DNA from: Macrostomum lignano
Lineage: Eukaryota
DNA: 64,000 nucleotides
Direction: 5' to 3'
NCBI GenBank assembly: GCA_002269645.1
Contig: NIVC01000591.1
Location: 685,960-749,959 of the forward strand
Positions 24,323 to 35,700 of the stretch are shown here, piece by piece. How positions within the stretch are numbered: the first letter of the stretch is position 1; each line of letters opens with the position of its first letter. A model generated the notes under the pieces. That model was not told where the DNA came from, made no database searches, and saw nothing but the letters and a program-made list of their open reading frames with translations. A program made the position numbers and the translations under genes.

Positions 24323-27300
24323 AGCAACAACCTCCTGCTCATCCCCGACGTAGCCACGGGCCGGCGCTTCTTGGTCGACACCGGCGCTGAGGTGAGCATT
24401 TTTCCTGTCTCGGGGGCAGACGCCCGCTCGCACACACCCGGCCCGCCGCTTTTCGCGGCCAACGGCAGCCCGATCCGCACGTTCGGCAGCCGGACACTGA
24501 CGCTCGACCTCGGCGTCAAGGCCTGCACCTGGCCGTTCATCCTGGCCGAGGTGTCACGGCCGTTGATCGGCGCGGACTTCCTGCGGCACCACGGCCTACT
24601 GGTGGACATGCCGAACCGCCGTCTGCTCGACACTAGCTCGCTGTCCAGCGCCCACCTGCTGCTCGGGTCCGGCCCGGCACCTCAGCTCGCCGCCGCCATC
24701 GCTGGGGACCCGTACAGCCAGCTGCTCGCAGAATTCCCGTCGCTGACGGAGCCGAGTTTCCAGAAAGCCCGGCCGCTCCACGGGGTCCAACATCATGTTC
24801 CTACGACGGGCCCCCCTGTCCACGCCCGGGCGCGCCGCCTGCCGCCTGACAAGCTGGCGGTGGCCAAGGAGGAATTCCGCAACCTGGAGCAGCTGGGCAT
24901 CGTGCGGCGGTCCTGCAGCCCCTGGTCGTCGCCGCTACACATGGTGCCAAAGGCCTCCGGGGGTTGGCGGCCCTGCGGCGATTTCCGGCGGCTCAACGAC
25001 GCCACGGTGCCCGACCGCTACCCGGTGCCGCACATTCACGACTTTTCTGCGCGGCTGTCCGGGTGCAACATTTTCTCCAAGATCGACCTGGTGCGGGGCT
25101 ACCACCAGATCCCGGTTGCCGAGGCCGACATCGCCAAGACGGCCGTCATCACGCCATTCGGCCTGTTCGAGTTTCTCCGGATGCCATTTGGACTCAAAAA
25201 CGCCGCCCAGGCCTTCCAACGGCTGATTGACACGGTCTGCCAGGGTTTGGACTTCGTGTTCGCCTATATCGACGACTTCCTAGTGGCGAGCAGCGGCCCT
25301 CAGCAGCATCTGGAGCACCTGCGCACGCTGGTCCAGCGCCTGGCAAACAACGGCCTCCTCATCAATCCAGCCAAGTGCCAGTTTGGCCGCAGCGAAATCG
25401 ACTTTCTAGGCCACCGCATCAACAGCCGGGGCGCTGTGCCGCTGCCAGACAAGGTGGAAGCCTCGCCCGATTCGCTCCGCCCGCGACCGTCAAGGGCCTG
25501 CAAGAGTTCGCCGGCATGGTGAACTTCTATCACCGGTTCGTGCCGCGGGCTGCCCAGTTGCTGCGCCCCATCTATGGCGCCCTGGCCAGCAAGGACAAGA
25601 TCGTTCAGTGGACACCGGAGCTGACGGACGCCTTCAACAGCACGAAGCAGGCCCTGGCTGACGCTGCCATGCTTGCGCACCCGGAGCCCGACGCCCCAAC
25701 GGCGCTGACGGTCGACGCCTCGGACACCGCCATCGGGGCGGTTCTGGAGCAGCGTGTCGGCGAGACCTGGCGGCCACTCGCTTTCTTCAGCCGCCAACTG
25801 CGGCCGGCTGAACAAAAGTACAGCGCTTTCGACCGGGAGTTACTCGCTCTCTATCTGGCCACACGACATTTCCGCTACTTTTTGGAAGGCCGCATCTTCA
25901 CCGCCTACACCGACCACAAACCCCTGGTCGCGGCCATGGCCAAGTTGTCGGATCCCTGGTCAGCGCGCCAGCAGCGGCACCTCGCATACGTGTCGGAGTT
26001 CACCACCGACATCCGGCACGTGGCGGGCAAGGACAATCCGGTGGCCGACGCCCTCTCCCGCTGCACCGTCGCCTCTGTGCAGCCGCTGCTCCCCGGCATC
26101 GACTACGCGGCCCTGGCGCGCGCGCAGCGAGCGGACGATCCCGCGCTCGCCGGCACCGGCCTGCGGCTCGAGCGCGTGACGTTGCGTCCCGGCCTGGAGG
26201 TCATCTGCGACACCGTGACCGGCCGCCCGCGCCCGCTGGTGCCCACCGACTTCCGCCGCGCCGTTTTCGACGCGGTCCACGGACTGGCGCACCCGTCCGT
26301 ACGCAGTACGCGGCGCCTAGTGTCCGAGAAGTTCGTGTGGCCGGGAATCAACAGGGACGTCGGCCAATGGGCTCGCAGCTGCATCGCCTGCCAGACGGCC
26401 AAGGTGCAGCGCCACGTGACCGCCCCGCCCGCCAGCATTCCGGTGCCCAGCAGCCGTTTCGCGCACGTCCACGTCGACCTTGTCGGACCGCTGCCGCAGT
26501 CCCGCGGTTTCACGCACCTGCTGACCGTCGTCGACAGGTTCACCCGCTGGCCGGAGGCTTTCCCCTTGGCCGACACTTCCGCTGCCTCCTGCGCGTCCGC
26601 TTTCATCGCCGGTTGGATCGCCCGCTTCGGCGTGCCCAGTGACGTCACGTCCGACCGCGGCTCCCAGTTCACCTCCGGGCTATGGGCCAACGTGTCGCGG
26701 CTGCTGGGCATGCAGCTGCACCACACCACCGCTTTTCACCCACAGGCTAACGGCCTGGTGGAACGCTTCCACCGCCAGCTCAAGGCATCCCTGATGGCGC
26801 GCCTGACCGGACCGACTTGGACCGACGAGCTGCCCTGGGCGTTGCTGGGCATCCGCACGGCTCCCAAGGAGGACATCGGCGCCTCCTCGGCCGAGCTGGT
26901 CTACGGCGCCCCGCTGACGGTACCGGGAGAATGCCTGCAGGCCGCGCCACCCGAGGCCTCTTACGACCAGTTCCTGGCCCGGCTACGCAGCGCTGTGCAG
27001 TCGTTCCGGCCGCCTCCAACCTCGCGTCATGGCCGCGTCGCTGCCTCCGTGCCTGCTGCCCTGAGTCCTGCACGCACGTCTTCATCCGCCGCGACGGCCA
27101 CCGGCCATCTCTGCAGCGGCCGTACTTCGGGCCCTTCAAGGTCCTTGGGCGCGGAGACAAGACCTTCCGCCTCGACCTGGGCACGCGGCAGGATCACGTG
27201 GCAGTGGACAGACTCAAGCCTGCGGCGCTCGATCCCGGCGAGGCGATTCCGGCTCCGGCTCTGCGGCCACGAGGCCGCCCCCGCCTGGACGGCCGGCCAC

Positions 27301-27596
27301 AACTGCCACGTGGTGGAGACCCTCCGGTCGCAGCTGCGCACCCGCAAGCGCCACCGGGGCTCCCACCAACGCGCCTCCCACCGGTGCAAGCGACCCGGCC
27401 TCCAGCTTCCGCCTCGCCGGTGCCGCCCGACGCGGTTTCGGTCCTAGGCCAGCGCTGGGGGGAGCCATGTGGCGGTCACGCCACACGCGCGTACGCGCTC
27501 CAGCAGCCACCCCAACCCCGGCCGGGGAGGCCGGCGCTAGGTGCACGGTCGCTGTGCGTTGATTGGCTGCCCAGTGTACACCGCTGGCCTATATAA
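24284..27596 (+). CDS. pol: Pol of element 1 (protease, RT, RNase H, integrase), broken by two 1-nt deletions at ~25462 and ~27063
   Basis: [56 protein letters not shown] zinc finger, [22 protein letters not shown], and the [12 protein letters not shown] module. Confidence 0.92.
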
Positions 27597-27668
27597 CTTT
27601 AGACTTTTGTCTCGCGCGCCTCCACCCTGCTACTTCCAAATAAACTTTACGTGGCTCAACTCGCCACA
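27468..27668 (+). repeat. 3' LTR of element 1
   Basis: Identical to the 5' LTR by manual comparison. Confidence 0.97.
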
Positions 27669-27900
27669 TGACACTATTGAACTGACACTATTCGACTGAA
27701 ACTATTTGACTGACACTATTTGACTGAAACTATTTGACTGTCACTATTTGACTGAAACTATTTGACTGTCACTATTTGACTGAAACTATTGAACTGACAC
27801 AATTGAACTCGCACTTATTGGACTGACACTATTGAACTGAAACTATTTGACTGACACTATTGAACTGAAACTATTTGACTGACACTATTGAACTGACACT
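27669..27900. repeat. 14-bp satellite, right remainder
   Basis: Same unit resumes after the TSD. Confidence 0.95.
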
Positions 27901-28691
27901 GTGCAGATGTCCCAAATGTCTACAGTGAATTTAACAATGCACCAGTGCATGGATACTTTCGCTCGCCTTCACTCTGATGTGCCTCAGTCAGTGCTGCATG
28001 AATTTCAATTTGCATTGTTGCCTTAAATAACTAATAATGACGAACAGAAAAGGCAAACAAACGAATAAAAGCAGACTATTTTTAGATTTCCAGTTCATTC
28101 CAGTCGAAAACTGCTTTAGGCTGATTTCTATGCAGAAGTCGGTGTCGCAGACTGCTTTAATTCTGAACAAAGCAAGGCAGGTGCAAAAATTCCCAAAATT
28201 CACCAAATAATTAGACAGGGGTTCGCGGGCATGACTTCTCTATCGATCCTAACACGATGAAGTCCCCTGGAAACAGTGGAAATAATCGATTCACCTTTTC
28301 CTTGAAAAAAAATGGATAAAAACCTCACTTGCCGTGTAGAGGCCACGTCTGATTGACAGATTACAAACTATAGAATTACCAGTAAATATTTATGTACGCG
28401 TAGCAGATCACGCTGTTTGTCTAAACTACATTTAGAAAGTGTATTTTATACATGTCGATGAGAGTTGCTAAAGGGCATCAAAAAAGCAAACAGAAGAGCA
28501 TGCGGGAAGTGAATTGGCGGACAAATCAAGAAGCAATTCAGACAGACAATTAACTTGGTTTTAAATTGAAGGAAAGACTGTTATTAAAATATATAATTCC
28601 TACAGCTGGAGTTGACGCAGGTCGCATGACGATCATCAAGGACGCGGAATTATCAGGCGAAAGAACAAGTCAGCTTGATAACCCGACCGTT

Positions 28692-29106
28692 AACCCCTCA
28701 ATGTACACTTTGACAACCCCGACCACTCTCGTCCCCGCCAACCCCTCAATGTACACTTTGACAACCCCGACCACTCTCGTCCCCGCCAACCCCTCAATGT
28801 ACACTTTGACAACCCCGACCACTCTCGTTCCTGCCAACCCCTCAATGTACACTTTGACAACCCCGACCACTCTCGTTCCTGCCAACCCCTCAATGTACAC
28901 TTTGACAACCCCGACCACTCTCGTCCCCGCCAACCCCTCAATGTACACTTTGACAACCCCGACCACTCTCGTTCCCGCCAACCCCTCAATGTACACTTTA
29001 ACAACCCCAACCACCCTCGTCCCCGCCAACCCCTCAATGTACACTTTGACAACCCCGACCACTCTCGTCCCCGCCAACCCCTCAATGTACACTTTGACAA
29101 CCCCGA
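28692..29106. repeat. 48-bp minisatellite AACCCCTCAATGTACACTTTGACAACCCCGACCACTCTCGTCCCCGCC
   Basis: About 8.7 copies. Confidence 0.95.
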
Positions 29107-29701
29107 CGTAATATACAAAACTGAAAAAAAATGCATAAATATTTGAATTAAACAGCAAAACAAAAAGCGCTACAAGTTTAAATAGCAACTTGGGTTGCCA
29201 CGCAAAAAACAGGCTCAAACGCTTTGCTAATTCAAACAAACTATGAAAAACAGTAAAATGCAAAGCAGGATAAGCGTATATGATTATAATTAGACAATAT
29301 AGGCCATAACAGGAATGCTAAACTGCTTTTAGCAAGTATGCAAGTACCGACAAGCGATATACAGTCAGAATTCCCTGTGACTGCAACTTGATGCTCAAGA
29401 ATGAATCACAGGATATTCTTCGCTCTATCTAAACAGTTTTAAACAGAAAATAACAGAGAAAACATTTGATTAATAAATTCCAAATTAAATAGTACTACTT
29501 ATACTAGTAGCACAAGTTAACATTAGGCGGCATTTCTGTTCTTTTAGGAAGCAAAATCATTGGCAAAATTAGGAATTTACTATTAAGCACGACTCATATA
29601 CAAAAGGATAGCCGACAAGTTTCGTTTCTTAGAATAGTTTTTTGAAGGCCGGTCGTTAGCGCAAAAAATACACTGCATAGATGAAAGTCTTACTTGAGCA
29701 G

Positions 29702-32700
29702 TTACATCACGGGAAAATATTCCAAATCTCCACAACCGTCTTCGGCACCATCAAAGTGCGCATCCCCGTCGAAGTCTTCGCATCCGTCTTCGTCGGTGAG
29801 CTCCTCCTCAACCGCGGCACTGTTGGCATCGAGCCAGCGCCGATCGCTACTACCAATATCGTAACAATCTGATTCGGCATCATCCAAATCTTCAGCTGCC
29901 GCGTCGTCTGATTCAAAATCGAAGGCTGGGCCGGCATCGTCCAGACAGGTCCCTGCTGAGGAGGGGCACAACTCGTCAAAGACAGCGTTGTCGTCCGATT
30001 CAAGAGCAGAGCCGACAGCCAGCAGTGATGGCTGGTGATGCGGCTGGCTAAGAGTCTGGGGCAGACTGGCCGGCCACAGCAGTTGCAGAGGTCGGTTCAA
30101 GTCAGTCAGCTGGATGTCGCCAAAGGGACCGGCTAAAACAGAGAGAATTAACGATTTAGGCTAAAAGTAAGTGCTTTACATGTAGTTCTTGTCATAATCA
30201 TCGGATAATGGCACACATGGATTATCAGATAATGACACATGGATTAACGGATAATGGCACACATGGATTATCAGATAATGACACATGGATTAACGGATAA
30301 TGGCACACATGGATTATCGGATAATGGCACACATGGATTATCAGATAATGACACACATGGATTATCAGATATGACACACATGTATTATCAGATAATGACA
30401 CACATGTATTATCAGATAATGACACACATGGATTATCAGATAATGACACACATGGATTATCAGATATGACACACATGTATTATCAGATAATGTCACACAT
30501 GTATTATCAAATAATGACACAGAGATTATCAGATGATGACACATGGATTATCAGATAATGACACATGGATTAACAGATAATGACACAGAGATTATCAGAT
30601 AATGACACACATGGATTATCAGATAATGACACATGGATTATCAGATAATGACACATGGATTATCAGATAATGACACATGGATTAACAGATAATGACACAC
30701 ATGTATTATCAGATAATGACACATGGATTAACAGATAATGACACACATGTATTATCAGATAATGACACATGGATTAACAGATAATGATACACATGGATTA
30801 TCAGATATGACACATGGATTATCAGATAATGGCACCCGGATGCTCACCAGCTTTCCCCGAGCAGCTCTGCGCCCCGTTGGCAGTCTGCAGCGGTTCGGTC
30901 TGCGGCGCCGGAGAAGCCACTGCGGGCCAGAGCAGCAGGCGGCGCTGAAGATCCAAAGACGCCAAGGAGGTGCCGCATGGTGACCAAGCGAGACAGGCCA
31001 CGGTGTCCCGATGCCAACGAATGTCCCACAGCGGCTGCACCGTCCCGGCCGCCAGGTCGAACACTCGAACGTGTCGATCCTCCCCGGCCACGGCCAGGAG
31101 CCGGCCGTCGCTAGGCGAGACGGCAACGCAGTTGACGCAGCCGCGCCAATCCCGGTTGCACAGCAACCGAACGCACCTGCCGCTGTTCAAGTCCCACAGA
31201 CGGACAGTGGAGTCCAGGCCGGCTGTGTACATCAGCGAGCCGCTGGGATGAAAGCCGACTAGATCAACGTCGGTCACGTGACCGATGAACTGCCGCAGAG
31301 GAGTCTGTCGATCGGTGCACCACAGGACCGCTGTGCGATCCTGCCCGCCCGTGGCAAACAGAGAGGCGTTGTACGGGTGCGTGTCGCAGCACCACACAGG
31401 ACTGTCGTGACCTCTGCGGGTATGGTGGGTTTACGGGTTGAATATTTTGGCTGGTGAATATTGTAGATTGTTAAGATTCTAGTTGGTGAATATTGTAGAT
31501 TGTGAAGATTCTAGCTAGTGATTATTGTAGATTGTTAAAATTCTAGTTGGTGAATATTGCAGATTGTGAAGATTCTAGCTAGTGATTATTGTAGATTGTT
31601 AAGATTCTAGTTGGTGAATATTGTAGATTGTGAAGATTCTAGCTAGTGAATATTGTAGATTGTTAAGATTCTAGTTGGTGAATATTGCAGATTGTTAAGA
31701 TTCTAGTTGGTGAATATTGTAGATTGTTAAGATTCTAGTTGGTGAATATTGTAGATTGTGAAGATTCTAGCTAGTGAATATTGTAGATTGTTAAGATTCT
31801 AGTTGGTGAATATTGTAGATTGTGAAGATTCTAGCTAGTGAATATTGTAGATTGTTAAGATTCTAGTTGGTGAATATTGTAGATTGTGAAGATTCTAGTT
31901 GGTGAATATTGCAGATTGTTAAGATTCTAGTTGGTGAATATTGTAGATTGTTAAGATTCTAGTTGGTGAATATTGCAGATTGTTAAGATTCTAGTTGGTG
32001 AATATTGTAGATTGTTAAGATTCTAGTTGGTGAATATTGCAGATTGTTAAGATTCTAGTTGGTGAATATTGTAGATTGTTAAGATTCTAGTTGGTGAATA
32101 TTGTGTAAGAGCCGAGAATTTAGAGTAAGTTTACGAAGTATATTTTGATGCAAGATAATTTACGAGCGATTAAATAGTCAGCGATGATAGATCGATTAAA
32201 GTGACTCACCCAACTGGGGAGGCGGGCATGTACAGAGAAGAAAGCGAGATGCAAGTACATATACTAATAGAGCAGCCCCCACCCCGACGGCCCAAACCAA
32301 ACGCAACCGTTCATCACTCTCCCCCAAGAAAAATACATGGGATAAAAAAACGGGATAAAACAAAAGCAAACAAAAAAAAGTTCATGCAACGCGAAAAAAG
32401 TCCCGATCAGAAAGAAAGCACGTCAACAGGTCGCCGTGTAAAAATCCGGCCGCCGGCGCTGCCTGCCCGACCGGCGCACCGTGTTGCCGGGTTCAGCCGC
32501 GTCCAGGTTGCGCAGCGGCTCCCAGGCGTCCGGGCCGGCCAGCTGACCCGCGGCGTCCTCGACGCTCTGACAGTCGTCCTCGGTGGCCGGCTTGGCTGGC
32601 GGCCTGCCGCTCAGATTCGGTCGGTCGATAAAGCGCTTCAAGCGGTCGTGGTGGACCAGCAAGCGGCGCCTGCCGTTTACAGCCTGCAGCCGGTAGTTCA

Positions 32701-35700
32701 CAGGGCTGACCTTCTTAAGGACGATGAACGGGCCGGACCACCGGTTCGACAGCGACTTGCACTGGCCGCGCTTCATCGCATGGTGCGTCAGCATCACTCG
32801 GTCACCGGTCTTGAAGTCGGTAGTCTCTGCCCCTAGGTTGTAGAACTCGTGCTGCGATTTCTGGGCCGTGTGCAGGTGCGCCCGCACTACCTGAAAGCCG
32901 CGCCTGATTCTTGCCTGCAGGTCCGCGCAGTCCTGCGGCTGGTCGCGCTGCCCACCGAGTGCCAAGTCGACCGGCAGTCTGGGCTCGATGCCGCGTAGCA
33001 CTTTGAACGGCGACTCGCCCGTGGAGCTGTGCTCAGAGCTGTTGTAGGCCCACACGACATAGGGCAGAAGGGCGTCCCAGCTGGCCTGATTCTCTGAGCA
33101 GAATGCGGAGAGCATGTTGCCCAGCGTCCTATTGAACCTCTCGACGTTCCCGTTGCCGCTGGGGTGAAACGGTGAGGTCCTCGATTTTTCTGCTCCGAGC
33201 AGCGCGCAGGTCTGCTTGAAAACTTCGGCCTCAAACTGGCGACCTTGGTCCGAGTGCACGACCTCCGGAACTCCGTGCCGCAGCACCACACAGGTCACCA
33301 GAGCCTCGGCTACCGTCTTGGCGTCGATCTGGCTGAGGGCCGCCGCCTCCACCCACTTTGAAAATGTGTCGACAAAGCAGATGATGTAGCGCTTGCCAGA
33401 CTCGGTGACTGGCAGTGGGCCCTTGATGTCGAGTTGCATGACAGCCCACGGCTTGGCCGGTAGCGGCTGCCGCACCAGCTCAGCACGCGCTCGCTTTGGC
33501 GCTCCCTTGCGTCGTTGGCAGACCAGGCAGCTCCGCACCCAGTCCCGCACGTCCTCGCGCATGTCCGGCCACCAGGAACGCTCGCGCAGAGCCCGCAGCA
33601 CCCGCCGCTGTCCGAGGTGACCCGCGCTCGGCCGGTCGTGCGCCTGGTGCAGCAGCTCCGCTCTCATGTGCTGGGGGATCACCGGCAACCCGTTGTGGAG
33701 CAGTGCGCCGTCCGGTGACAGCGTCAGACAGGGCAGCAGTTTCTGGACCGACGCACTCACCGCCGCCGGAACTTGAAAGTTGGGCTGGAGCATCGCGTGC
33801 CAAACCGCGTGCAGAACCTGGTCCTGGTCCTGCTCGTCAGGCAGATTAGCGATCTGGAACTTCACCGCCCCTGCTCGGCTGAGGGTGTCTGGCACGATGT
33901 TCTCCTTGCCGGGCCGGTACAGGATTTCCAGGGGGAACTCCTGAATGAGCTGTAGCCAACGTGCCAGCCGACCGGTTGGCTCCTTCGCGTTGAGCAGCCC
34001 AGTGATCGGCTTGTGGTCGGTGAACACCTGGATCTTGCAGCTGTTGCTCAGGTACATGCGGAACTGCTTGAGGCTCCAAACAATCGCGAGCAGCTCCCGG
34101 TCCGTGGTGCTGTAGTTGCGCTCTGCCTTGCTCAGCGTCCGGGAAGCGTAGGCCACTGGCAGCTCCTGGCCGTCGCGCTCCTGACTGAGCACCGCACCCA
34201 AGGCCACAGCACTGCTGTCACAGCTGATGACGATAGGCCGGCTGAAGTCGGGCAGCTGGAGCACCGGGGCCTGGGTCAGCGCGTCCTTCAACTTTTTCAG
34301 CACCGCAGCATGCTCTGACGTCCACACGAAGCCGCCGCCCGCGCCTTTCTGAGCCAGGTGATGCAGCGGTTTGGCAATGTCAGAGAAGTTGGGCACGAAC
34401 CTGCGGTAGAAGCTGAGCATGCCGATGATGCGTCGAACATCCTCTTCAGACTGCGGCTCCGGCATCCGCCTGATCGCCTCGACCTTCTCCGCGGCAGGTG
34501 CGATGCCGCTCTCAGAGACTTGGTGACCCAGGTACGTGACGCTCCGGTAGGCAAGAAGCTCTTGCCTGGGTTCAGCTTCAGCTTGGCAGACCGCAGTCGA
34601 TGCAGCACCTTGGACAGTGACTGAACGTGGTTCTCAAAGTCCCTGTTGAAGATGATCAGATCATCAATGTACGCGATGACCTCCTCCCAGCTCAGGCCGG
34701 TCATGATGAGCTCCATCATTCGCTGGTACGTCGCAGGCGCGTTGCACATGCCGAATCCCATTTTGCGGAATTGCATCAGGCCGCTCGGAGTGTAGAACGC
34801 TGTCAACGGCCGATCCTCCTCTCTGACCTCCACCTGAAGGAAGCCTTGGCGCATGTCGATCGTAGAGAACCATGAGCAGCCAGCGGCACGGCTTGCCGTT
34901 TGCCTCTCCAGGTATAAAAATAGCATGAAGCACGGGATTGCTCCTTGGGGTTGGTGTGGGTCCCGCACCCGTTGCACCAACCCTTAAAAGTTTCCCGGAG
35001 CCTTCGATGGGCAGACAGAGGCCTTGTGCCCCCGCCCAGAGCACTTGTGGCAGATGATCGGACCCGGCTGTTTCTCTCGCTGCTGACATTGCGCTGCACG
35101 GTGTCCGAGCTGGCCGCAGTTGAAGCAGCCGCCTCCTCGCTGTTGACGGCGACGCCGAGTGTCGGTACCCGACTGTACGCTGACCCTCGCGATGAGCTCC
35201 TCCATGCGTTTCTCCAGTCGGTCCAGGCGGTCCTCGCTTGGTTCTGCCGATGATGTAGCGCTGACGGCTCCGACTGTCGCCACCGACTGTCGCCCAGCCA
35301 GCTCCTCCAGCCGAGCCGCCCGCTGCAGCAGAGTCTCCAGGCTGCAGGTCTCTGCGTCCTCTGCCTTAAGCAGGTTGTCACGAATGTCGGCCTTGAGCAG
35401 CTGCAGAAGCTTGAAGCGCACATCTCGGTCTCGCTGAGCAATTGAGTCCTCCGGTCTGGCTTTCTGGTGTAGCAGCTTCAGGTTAAAGCAGAGCTCACGC
35501 AGTGTCTCGGCATCTCCACGTTTCCTCGCATAGAAGTCGCTCATGGCCTTAAAGCTGTCGGCTTCGCCTCCATAAAACTTTGTGAGGTCCTCCTTTATAC
35601 TTTTAAAACTCTTTTGTCTTGTCTCGGCCAGGTCCCAGACGACCAGTTGGGCTTCTCCCGTGAGCAACAGCTTCACCTTCGACGCTGAGGTCGCGTCGTC

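Larger units (their letters stand above)
23365..27668 (+). mobile_element. Ty3/Gypsy LTR retrotransposon, CsRN1-clade-like, 4304 bp
   Basis: Identical 201-bp TG...CA LTRs (23365-23565, 27468-27668) and 4-bp TSD TGAC. PBS TGGTGAGCCCGAC (tRNA-Trp-like) at 23567; PPT GGGGGGAG at 27457. Domain order gag-PR-RT-RH-INT; Gag has a CHCC knuckle C-X2-H-X9-C-X3-C. Confidence 0.97.

Noticed and set aside
32201-32836. env-like or antisense accessory ORF in element 2, and other antisense ORFs over GC-rich pol and exons
   Set aside because: They overlap known sense-strand coding sequence or an LTR, have no signal peptide or TM pattern, and are expected in GC-rich DNA.
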